Source of the DNA: Thermodesulfobacteriota bacterium
GTDB lineage: Bacteria > Desulfobacterota_D > UBA1144 > Nemesobacterales > Nemesobacteraceae
Assembly (NCBI GenBank): GCA_965202785.1
Contig: OZ241855.1
Coordinates: 1,312,001-1,376,000, forward strand
DNA: 64,000 nt
Direction of reading: 5' to 3'
The notes under the pieces were generated by a model, which had not been told where the DNA came from, searched no databases, and worked only from the letters and a program-made list of their open reading frames with translations. A program made the translations under genes and the position numbers. This document shows positions 8,492-17,179 of this stretch, piece after piece. Positions within the stretch are counted from its first letter, which is position 1. The number at the start of each line of letters is the position of its first letter.

Positions 8492-9649
8492 TTATGTGGT
8501 TCGCAGGACAAGACAGGTTATATCGTCAGATTGCGGATTTTCACCAGCGAACTCTTTGACCGTCTCGAATACCTCATTCGTAACTTCCTCGGAGTTCTTG
8601 AAAGTGCCGCTTTGGAAAATTTCGCAAAACCTGTCCATTTCGAATAATTCCTTATCTTCTTTTTCAGCTTCCACCACTCCGTCAGTGTAAAATACAATCG
8701 TGGAACCCGGCTCAATGGCGACTGTATTTTCCTCATATTTGAAATTCGGCATCACGCCCAGAGCAACTCCGCCCGTTGACTCCAGTAGTTCAGTTGTCAG
8801 ATTCGGTTTGACGATGACTGGCGGATTATGTCCGCCGTTTGCGTAGACGAATTCTTTCGTTCCAGGATCGTAAATGCCATATAAAAGGGTTACGAATGTC
8901 ATGGCATCGTTGTCCTCCGACAACATCGTATTTACCTGTTCCAGCACGGCGGCCGGAGATGTGGAAATTGCCGCGCAAGCCTTCAACAATGTACGACTGG
9001 CCATCATGAACATTGCCGCGGGCACTCCTTTACCCGACACATCAGCTATCGCAACTCCAACCCGGCCATCACTAAATTCATAAACGTCGAAAAAGTCGCC
9101 GCCTACGGAAAGAGCCGGAACCATGCTTGCGTACAGATCAAATGCTTCAGAATCCGGAAAGGATTTCGGAAGAATGTCCTGCTGCATCGTCCGTGCCACA
9201 TCAAGCTCGTTCTGGAGAGCTACAAGTTTGTCTCGCGCGCTCAGCGCATTACGCCACAGAGTAAGGTTTTCAATCGTACGTTCAATTGTAGTCTTGAGGT
9301 CCGTGAAATCTATCGGCTTGGTAACGAAGTCGAATGCCCCGCGGTTCATGGCAGTCCGTATGTTCTCCATATCGCCGTACGCGGAGACCATTACGGCACG
9401 AATATCAGGGTCTATTTCCGGTATCTGTGCCAACAATGTCAACCCGTCCATAACGGGCATGTTGATATCAGACAGCACGATATCGAATCCGTTGTCTTTG
9501 CGTAGACGTTCGAGGGCTTCCACGCCGTTGTGCGCAAATTCGAATTCGTAACGACCGCGGCGAACTTCGCGCCGCATTCTCTGCAGCATAAGCTGTTCTA
9601 AATCTATTTCATCATCGACAACTAAAATTCGGATTTTGCCGTTATCCAT
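8492..9649 (-). CDS. Response regulator with PP2C/SpoIIE phosphatase (RsbU-like)
   Basis: REC domain ILVVDDE...SDINMP...KP; SpoIIE motifs VGGDFFD, DVSGKG, NGGH, YTDGV, DDIT. Confidence 0.94.
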   Translation of the reverse strand: MDNGKIRILVVDDEIDLEQLMLQRMRREVRRGRYEFEFAHNGVEALERLRKDNGFDIVLSDINMPVMDGLTLLAQIPEIDPDIRAVMVSAYGDMENIRTAMNRGAFDFVTKPIDFTDLKTTIERTIENLTLWRNALSARDKLVALQNELDVARTMQQDILPKSFPDSEAFDLYASMVPALSVGGDFFDVYEFSDGRVGVAIADVSGKGVPAAMFMMASRTLLKACAAISTSPAAVLEQVNTMLSEDNDAMTFVTLLYGIYDPGTKEFVYANGGHNPPVIVKPNLTTELLESTGGVALGVMPNFKYEENTVAIEPGSTIVFYTDGVVEAEKEDKELFEMDRFCEIFQSGTFKNSEEVTNEVFETVKEFAGENPQSDDITCLVLRTT

Positions 9650-10074
9650 TTAGAACCTACCTTGCCATTTAGGGCCTAAATTAATTACTAAATCAGTAAT
9701 TATATACCTGATTACACGAAGCTATGTATAGGGAATCATGTACTTGATTCGGCAAAACATCTGTGTCGAACACTAACAAGTCCACGGAAACCACAGTTGT
9801 TTTACGGCAACCGCATTAGGGAGAACTTCCGTAAAGGCATTTCCTTCATCAAACTGTTCCAGTTCAAAATCTTTATACTCTTTGCCCATAGTGGCATATT
9901 CTGCTGTTGTTTGTTTGGCGAATCCAGATCAGCCGGATGCGGCGCTTTTTTTCAAAACCTCCGCATACCAGGTTTGAATATAATTCTTGTGGTTGGTATT
10001 CTACATAGCGTTGCCCGAACTGGTGTACGACCGTTCGGTTCTATTGCAGATGCCAATTACTCTGGAATAGTTAA

Positions 10075-10866
10075 ATGAAAAGTCGGAATAAATACTATCT
10101 AGTTAATGCGATCTGTCTGTTTTTTTCCTGCTGTCTGGCTTTTGTGTACGCCTTGGCACTGGTCGGTGTCGCCCACGCAAAAACCATTGACGAGGCAAAG
10201 GCGGCCTATGCGCAGGGGCGATTCGCCGAGGCGGCCAGGATCGGTGAAAGCCTCGGGACTTCACAGGGGTTCGCGTTCTCTGCAATGTCGCTTTCGGTTC
10301 ATGCCAACTACATCGCTAAAGAGGGCGAGAAGAAAGAGTTGCTTGAGCACGCAGTGACGCTGGCGAGAAAGGCGGTTATCTCCGACCCCAATAATGCAGA
10401 GGCCCATCTGCAGCTGGCGCGTGCAATCGGACGGCGCGCGGAGACTGTCGGCGTATTCGAAGCAGCGGGCGAAGCGGAAAAAATACGCGAATCCACGGAA
10501 AATGCGCTTCGAATTAATCCCAAGCTGGTATCAGCATATCTCAGCTTGGGGCGGTGGCATTCGGAATTGGTTGGCGCAATGGGTTCATTCATGGCCCGCA
10601 CCCTCTACGGTGCGCGGAAGAAGGATGGCATTGCCTCTTTCGAAAAGGCTCTTGTCCTGGCTCCCAATGCAAAAGATGTCCCTCTGCAATACGCACTCGG
10701 CTTAATAGCGCTGGATGATTACCAGTACCAGGAGAAGGCGCGGGACCTGCTGACGCGCGCCATCGGGTTGCCGGCGAAGAATGCTTACGAACGGATACTG
10801 CACATAGAAGCGGTCGAGGCTCTAAATAGCCTCAATGAATCCGACGATGACGATGACGACTACTGA
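10075..10866 (+). CDS. Exported TPR-like helical-repeat protein with acidic tail
   Basis: Signal peptide ending AHA; TPR-like repeats (DPNNAEAHLQLARAIG, NPKLVSAYLSLG, FEKALVLAP); ends SDDDDDDY. Confidence 0.75.
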   Translation: MKSRNKYYLVNAICLFFSCCLAFVYALALVGVAHAKTIDEAKAAYAQGRFAEAARIGESLGTSQGFAFSAMSLSVHANYIAKEGEKKELLEHAVTLARKAVISDPNNAEAHLQLARAIGRRAETVGVFEAAGEAEKIRESTENALRINPKLVSAYLSLGRWHSELVGAMGSFMARTLYGARKKDGIASFEKALVLAPNAKDVPLQYALGLIALDDYQYQEKARDLLTRAIGLPAKNAYERILHIEAVEALNSLNESDDDDDDY

Positions 10867-10907
10867 CGACTTGCCGCACCTCCTGGAACCGGGATGCCGG
10901 GGCTGTC

Positions 10908-12302
10908 CTATGCCTTTCTGAGGCGCCAGCCGTACATCATACGTCCGTAGAAGTTAAACCACTTCCTCGCTTCGGAGTCCTGAAAGGGATAGTCCGCTCC
11001 AAGTTGTCTTGCTGTAACGAGGCCAGAGACGAAACATGTTTCTTGGCTGTTGATCAGAGTGTGGGCGCCACAGTGCCAGGTTCTTTTCCTGCCCTGAACG
11101 AAACCAAACAGATTAATCAGAAAAGCTGTGTGGAACACATCGTGTACGATATGCTGAAACCACCATTTCTTTACGATTTTTTCTTCGTTGATACGGCTGA
11201 TCGGGTTGTAGGTTACAAGACATGGTTTGTCCGATTTCTTTGCCCAGGGTTGTTGGTTGTGCATGATGTAGGTGATTTCATAGTTATCTGGTCTCACACC
11301 GTACTGTTCAATGTAGTTGCTCCGGGTCTCGAGGGGCTTGACCTCGTTATCCGGGAGGACCGAGGCATCCGAATGGACAACCGTATGGTTATGCAATTCG
11401 CTCTCGTAACGAACCGAAGAGAGAAGGAAGCTCTCCAGGAAGGTCGGGTTGTCGAGAATCATCAATGTCTGGTTCGCGTTGCACGCAAAGACCACATCGT
11501 CAAATGTCTCGGTGATTCCGTTTTCATCTTCAATGACCACGCCGGATGCCCGCCGATACACTTTCTTCACGGGCCTGTTTAGGTATATCTTGTCCCGAAA
11601 TCCGGCTGACATTTCCTCGTATATACGCCGCGTACCCCTATCCCATGTTTGCATTGGTGTTGCGGTCTCTATATCAAAGAACTCCAGATACCGGGCAAAC
11701 AGTGACGCGGGCATGTCGAACACGTTTGTTGCCATCAGGAAATTGACGAACATCGGCTTCAGAACCTTGTACCTGAAGTCTCCTGAGAACCTGCCCCAGT
11801 TGAGAATCGTACCCATGCTGATGTAGTTAAAGGGATTGAGAGCATTGATCAGCAGGGATCTGGAGTGGTTAAGTCGGCCGAACCACTTGAGACGCTTAAG
11901 GAGTTTCTGGAACTTGACAATTTCCGGTTGCAACTGACTCTTGATATCTGAGTCGAAATCGTGTGCATAGATTTCGCCACGGTACTTTACGCTGTAGTTG
12001 AATTTGGTGTCTAACAGATCAATGCCGTGTTGCTGCAAGAACAGCACCATATGATGGTATGCCGATGGAATGCACGCGGTAACGGAAATATCGAACGGGA
12101 TTGAGGTTCCGTTTTCTTGAGGCATGTCGGCTGTTATGGCATTGCCGCCGAGCTGAGACTGTGCTTCAAAAATTCGAAACTCAAACAGATCAGGGTGTCG
12201 GTCCAGAGCCCAAGCCACTCCCAACCCGGATACTCCACCACCGATAATGGCAACTTTTCTCATTTTTCCAGTGTCCTCCGTTTCATTCATAGCCGACGCC
12301 AT
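10908..12302 (-). CDS. FAD/NAD(P)-binding oxidoreductase, COG2907/amine oxidase-like
   Basis: Rossmann motif VAIIGGGVSG; FEAQSQLGGNA; FDDVVFAC; C-terminal QGRKRTWHCGA...SGLVTARQLG. Confidence 0.8.
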   Translation of the reverse strand: MASAMNETEDTGKMRKVAIIGGGVSGLGVAWALDRHPDLFEFRIFEAQSQLGGNAITADMPQENGTSIPFDISVTACIPSAYHHMVLFLQQHGIDLLDTKFNYSVKYRGEIYAHDFDSDIKSQLQPEIVKFQKLLKRLKWFGRLNHSRSLLINALNPFNYISMGTILNWGRFSGDFRYKVLKPMFVNFLMATNVFDMPASLFARYLEFFDIETATPMQTWDRGTRRIYEEMSAGFRDKIYLNRPVKKVYRRASGVVIEDENGITETFDDVVFACNANQTLMILDNPTFLESFLLSSVRYESELHNHTVVHSDASVLPDNEVKPLETRSNYIEQYGVRPDNYEITYIMHNQQPWAKKSDKPCLVTYNPISRINEEKIVKKWWFQHIVHDVFHTAFLINLFGFVQGRKRTWHCGAHTLINSQETCFVSGLVTARQLGADYPFQDSEARKWFNFYGRMMYGWRLRKA

Positions 12303-12435
12303 GGCCTCTTAATTTGCTTGTCCATTATAGCACTCTGTCAGCCGGGTGTAAAACAAGGGTGAACAGACATTAGGAGGAAGCCCATAGCTGAAATTCGATC
12401 CCCGCTACGTCAATATCTTCAGGGACCGTGGCACA

Positions 12436-14454
12436 TCAGACGGGCAGTTCGCGTTTCTGTTCGGCGATATGAAACTTGAGCTTCTTCTTCGGCTTCATTG
12501 ATGGAAACGCGGCGATCCCAAGCTTATAGTCTTCGGGGTATACGCGAAGAGTAAAGTAATGCGCTATGATCAACAGGTTAACAGCCATATGAAGTGTCAT
12601 CCACCGGGCGCCGAGGCACATGTGCGAGCCCAGTCCGTATGGGGCGTATCCGGGGTTTTTATGCTCATTGCGAGGCGGCAGGTAGCGGTCGATATCAAAT
12701 GAAAGAGGATCCGGGAAGGAATCTTCCATATAGTGCGGGGCGGTTTGTGCGATGTTTATTCTGGACCCCCGCAGTATTTCATAGCCCTCGACCGTGAACG
12801 TATTCACGACGTCACGCATAATCATTGGAACAACCGGGTACATTCGAAGGCATTCATTGATGAAGCGGTCGGTGACTTCTATGTTGGCGGGAGAGAAGTC
12901 TTTTCCGGTTGGATCACCGTTTGAAAACAGTGCGTCGGCTTCACTTCGAATTTTGTCGTAAAGCTCAGGGTGTGACGCCATGGCATAAAGGGCGAAGTTA
13001 AAGCCGTCACCCAGGTACATGCTGGCAAGCACCACTGCCGATAGAGCGAAACTCAGATTCGACTCGGGCATCAATAGCGGGTAGTTCGCATTGAGGCTTA
13101 GCAGATCATCCACAAAGTTTCGCGGACAACCGGCCCGTTGGGCTGATGTATGGGCACTTTGTACCCGCTCCATCAAAACGCCTATTGCCTTGGCCCTGCG
13201 TTTCATTCCCGGTGTTTTCAGCATGAATTTTGGCAGGATGTTTAAGAGATGGGTGCTGAGTGCCCGCTCCTTGTAAGCAATTATATCGTCCATGATATCC
13301 TGCGTATCAATACTCATGGATAGAGATGACATCTGAGCGTTAATCATTTTTCGGCACAGATCCCTTGCAGGATAGCTTTCGCCCACTTTCCAATTTGCCA
13401 TGTATTCGCGAGCCTTGCTGTAGACCACATCGATCTGTCCTTCCAGTCTCCCACGGGAGTAGGCTGGAGTCATGGTTTTTCGATACCGGAAATGGTCTGC
13501 GCCATCCAGGGCAGGCAATATGCCTACCGCCCCATACACTTTCTCAAAGTCGCCAAAGAGATTCTTGGATGTCAGGTACTTCCGTCCGTGTCGACGTACC
13601 CAGCGGTTTATTTCTGGTCCGGAAAGAAAAATATTTGGCTTTGAAAAAGGAGGAGCGATTTCAAAGACCGGGCCGTACTGCTTTGTCAAATCCGCAAAAA
13701 GTGCCGGAAGGTTCCCGGTACGAGCATGTGGGTTGAGCAGTAGTCGATGAAGTGAAACGCGCGGAATCTTCTTGCTAAGAAGAGAACTTCCAAACAGAGG
13801 ATTATTGATGTTCTGTTCGACCGCGTCCCCCATTGAACGGCCGATTAGGTCCATCCTGCAGATAAGCTCGATCCGCTCTTCCGCCTTTTTGTCGAGCTTA
13901 AACATTAGGGGAAAGATATCGCATGTCTTGATCAGGCAAATGATGATAATATCTCGCGGATCCGGAATGTCGTCTGAAAAGATGTCTTTGCCGACTCTGA
14001 TTCTGATGAACTGACTTAAACTTGCATCTTCATCGTCGCCGTTTGCACTTGCGTATAGTTTGCCAGGTGCCACTGTCCAGAAATCACCCTCGTGATGTTC
14101 CAGAAATTCCAGATTAACCAGGTTCTCTAAGGTCAAATCAGTGATTGTTTCCGCATGGCTGATGAGCTTTTCAATCCAGTATTGGGCGTTGTACTTAACT
14201 GGCTCATCGACGATTTCCTTGAGAATCAGGTCCAGGCTGGGGTTGCCCGTTTCTGTCGGATTCAGAACGTGAAGTGACTCCAAGTCCGTGTCGATACGTG
14301 AAAGGAGAGCGAGTTCCGCGAGTGCCGCGCCGATGACAGCGCAATTTATTCCCCGTCCGGGTATTTGGTAAAAGTAGCCAGTGTCCTCGTTGAGGAGCAT
14401 CAGTATGAACTCGTCGAGCAACCTCAGTGGCTGGTTCTCAACAGGATCATTCAT
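12436..14454 (-). CDS. GPP34 (GOLPH3-like) domain-cytochrome P450 fusion, copy A
   Basis: N-terminal LLDEFILMLL...GAALAELALLSRID...PTETGNPSLD resembles GPP34. P450 K-helix ECLR, meander FDIDRY, heme loop YGLGSHMCLG. Confidence 0.85.
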   Translation of the reverse strand: MNDPVENQPLRLLDEFILMLLNEDTGYFYQIPGRGINCAVIGAALAELALLSRIDTDLESLHVLNPTETGNPSLDLILKEIVDEPVKYNAQYWIEKLISHAETITDLTLENLVNLEFLEHHEGDFWTVAPGKLYASANGDDEDASLSQFIRIRVGKDIFSDDIPDPRDIIIICLIKTCDIFPLMFKLDKKAEERIELICRMDLIGRSMGDAVEQNINNPLFGSSLLSKKIPRVSLHRLLLNPHARTGNLPALFADLTKQYGPVFEIAPPFSKPNIFLSGPEINRWVRRHGRKYLTSKNLFGDFEKVYGAVGILPALDGADHFRYRKTMTPAYSRGRLEGQIDVVYSKAREYMANWKVGESYPARDLCRKMINAQMSSLSMSIDTQDIMDDIIAYKERALSTHLLNILPKFMLKTPGMKRRAKAIGVLMERVQSAHTSAQRAGCPRNFVDDLLSLNANYPLLMPESNLSFALSAVVLASMYLGDGFNFALYAMASHPELYDKIRSEADALFSNGDPTGKDFSPANIEVTDRFINECLRMYPVVPMIMRDVVNTFTVEGYEILRGSRINIAQTAPHYMEDSFPDPLSFDIDRYLPPRNEHKNPGYAPYGLGSHMCLGARWMTLHMAVNLLIIAHYFTLRVYPEDYKLGIAAFPSMKPKKKLKFHIAEQKRELPV

Positions 14455-14589
14455 CAGCTGTTGCCTCCTTCAATCCGAATCTGTGACGCGGTTTGGACTT
14501 CGGAGAATCTTTATGACCTGATCATTCGAAAATGACTGAAGGAAATTGCAAGGCCTACAATCAAGGTCCGTCCGGTCAGTACTATAAAA

Positions 14590-14630
14590 ATAGTATATTC
14601 AAACCGAGACGTAATCAAATCTAATTTATG
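14590..14630 (-). promoter_or_regulatory. Putative sigma70-type promoter of P450 copy A within the shared island motif
   Basis: TTGATT-17-TACTAT, preceded by CATAAATTAGAT. Confidence 0.5.
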
Positions 14631-14809
14631 GTGGCATGATCAAGCGACGGCCTGATTCTCTGATTTCACCGCAACCTTCTGTAGGGTAAAGCTGAGGCTG
14701 TTCAACGAATGAACGAAAAAAGATTCACGGGTATCACCTTGAGGGGCATTATCCCGGAAAACTAAAGTTCGATCCCCACCGCGTCAACGTATTCAGGGAC
14801 CGTGGCACA

Positions 14810-16828
14810 TCAGACGGGCAGTTCGCGTTTCTGTTCGGCGATATGAAATTTAAGCTTCTTGTTCGGCTTCATTGATGGAAACGCGGCGATCCCGAGCTTA
14901 TAGTCTTCTGGGTATACGCGAAGGGTAAAGTAATGCGCTATGATCAACAGGTTGACAGCCATATGAAGTGTCATCCACCGGGCGCCGAGGCACGTGTGCG
15001 GGCCCAGTCCGTATGGGGCGTATCCGGGTTTTCTATGCTCATTGCGAGGCGGCAGGTAGCGGTCGATATCAAATGAAAGAGGATCCGGGAAGGAATCTTC
15101 CATATAGTGCGGGGCGGTCTGTGCGATGTTTATTCTGGACCCCCGCAGTATTTCATAGCCCTCGACCGTGAACGTATTCACGACGTCACGCATAGTCATT
15201 GGAACAACCGGGTACACTCGAAGGCATTCATTGATGAAGCGGTCGGTGACTTCTATGTTGGCGGGAGAGAAGTCTTTTCCGGTTGGATCACCGTTTGAAA
15301 ACAGTGCGTCGGCTTCACTTCGAATTTTGTCGTAAAGCTCAGGGTGTGACGCCATGGCATAAAGGGCGAAGTTAAAGCCGTCACCCAGGTACATGCTGGC
15401 AAGCACCACTGCCGATAGAGCGAAACTCAGATTCGACTCGGGCATCAATAGCGGGTAGTTCGCATTGAGGCTTAGCAGATCATCCACGAAGTTTCGCGGA
15501 CAACCGGCCCGTTGGGCTGATGTATGGACACTTTGTACCCGCTCCATCAAAACGCCTATGGCCTTGGCCCTGCGTTTCATTCCCGGTGTTTTCAGCATGA
15601 ATTTTGGCAGGATGTTTAAGAGATGGGTGCTGAGTGCCCGCTCCTTGTAGGCAATTATATCGTCCATGATATCCTGCGTATCAATACTCATGGATAGAGA
15701 TGACATCTGAGCGTTAATCATTTTTCGGCACAGATCCCTTGCAGGATAGCTTTCGCCCACTTTCCAATTTGCCATGTATTCGCGAGCCTTGCTGTAGACC
15801 ACATCGATCTGTCCTTCCAGTCTCCCGCGGGAGTAGGCTGGAGTCATGGTTTTTCGATACCGGAAATGGTCTGCGCCATCCAGGGCAGGCAATATGCCTA
15901 CCGCCCCATACACTTTCTCAAAGTCGCCAAAGAGATTCTTGGATGTCAGGTACTTCCGTCCGTGTCGACGTACCCAGTGGTTTATTTCTGGTCCGGAAAG
16001 AAAAATATTTGGCTTTGAAAAAGGAGGAGCGATTTCAAAGACCGGGCCGTACTGCTTTGTCAAATCCGCAAAAAGTGCCGGAAGGTTCCCGGTACGAGCA
16101 TGTGGGTTGAGCAGTAGCCGATGAAGTGAAACGCGCGGGATTTTCTTGCTGACATGAGAAGTTGCAAGCAGCGGATTATTGATGTTTTCTTTGACCGCAT
16201 CCGCCATTGAACGGCCGATTAGGTCCATCCTGCAGATAAGCTCGATCCGCTCTTCCGCCTTTTTGTCGAGCTTAAACATTAGGGGAAAGATATCGCATGT
16301 CTCGATCAGGCAAATGATGATAATATCTCGCGGATCCGGAATGTCGTCTGAAAAGATGTCTTTGCCGACTCTGATTCTGATGAACTGACTTAAACTTGCA
16401 TCTTCATCGTCGCCGTTTACATCCGCGTACAGTTTGCCAGCTGCCACTGTCCAGAAATCACCCTGGTGATGTTCCAGAATTCCCATATTAACCAGATTCT
16501 CTAAGGTCAAATCAGTGATTGTTTCCGCATGGCTGATGAGCTTTTCAATCCAGTATTGGGCGTTGTGCTTAACTGGCTCATCGACGATTTCCTTGAGAAT
16601 TATGTCCAAGCTGGGGTTGCCCGTTTCTGTTGGGTCCAGGAGGAGAAGAGACTCGACATCTGTGTCGATACGAGAAAGCAGAGAGAGTTCCGCGAGTGCC
16701 GCACCGATAATAGCGCAGTTCATTTTGTGGGCGGCTATTTGGTAGAAGTAACCGCTCTCCTCGTCGAGGAGCATCAGTATGAACTCGTCGAGCAAGCTCA
16801 GTGGCTGGCTCTCAATAGGATCATTCAT
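14810..16828 (-). CDS. GPP34 (GOLPH3-like) domain-cytochrome P450 fusion, copy B
   Basis: Tandem paralog of 12436-14454 with the same length (672 aa); heme loop YGLGPHTCLG. Confidence 0.85.
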   Translation of the reverse strand: MNDPIESQPLSLLDEFILMLLDEESGYFYQIAAHKMNCAIIGAALAELSLLSRIDTDVESLLLLDPTETGNPSLDIILKEIVDEPVKHNAQYWIEKLISHAETITDLTLENLVNMGILEHHQGDFWTVAAGKLYADVNGDDEDASLSQFIRIRVGKDIFSDDIPDPRDIIIICLIETCDIFPLMFKLDKKAEERIELICRMDLIGRSMADAVKENINNPLLATSHVSKKIPRVSLHRLLLNPHARTGNLPALFADLTKQYGPVFEIAPPFSKPNIFLSGPEINHWVRRHGRKYLTSKNLFGDFEKVYGAVGILPALDGADHFRYRKTMTPAYSRGRLEGQIDVVYSKAREYMANWKVGESYPARDLCRKMINAQMSSLSMSIDTQDIMDDIIAYKERALSTHLLNILPKFMLKTPGMKRRAKAIGVLMERVQSVHTSAQRAGCPRNFVDDLLSLNANYPLLMPESNLSFALSAVVLASMYLGDGFNFALYAMASHPELYDKIRSEADALFSNGDPTGKDFSPANIEVTDRFINECLRVYPVVPMTMRDVVNTFTVEGYEILRGSRINIAQTAPHYMEDSFPDPLSFDIDRYLPPRNEHRKPGYAPYGLGPHTCLGARWMTLHMAVNLLIIAHYFTLRVYPEDYKLGIAAFPSMKPNKKLKFHIAEQKRELPV

Positions 16829-16916
16829 CAGCCGGCGCCTCCTTCAATCTGAATCCGTGGCGCGGTAATGGTTACAGGAAATTGTAAAACCTACAATCAT
16901 AGTTCCTAACATTGAA

Positions 16917-16957
16917 ACTGTATATTCCGACCGTGATATAGTCAAATCTGCTGTATG
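16917..16957 (-). promoter_or_regulatory. Putative sigma70-type promoter of P450 copy B within the shared island motif
   Basis: CATACAGCAGAT-TTGACT-17-TACAGT. Confidence 0.55.
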
Positions 16958-17179
16958 TTGAATAAGACCGGAGTTTAGACTCATGAGTCTTTGAATTTAG
17001 ACTGAAGAGATACCGAAGACTTGAATTTGCGAAAAATTCCAAACACTACCCTTCTATATAACATGATATATAATCTATATGCTACGAATATTATTTAAAT
17101 TCCAGTGTCGTGTGTTATTGGTCTTTTCTGTGACCGTATCCATAAGTGACCGCTTCACTGCAGGAAGGGGGATTCTGTT

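Noticed and set aside
14765-14790. GTTCGATCCCC after both P450 genes as a tRNA 3' end or att site
   Set aside because: No T-stem pairing or acceptor match; it is explained as the duplicated 3' flank.
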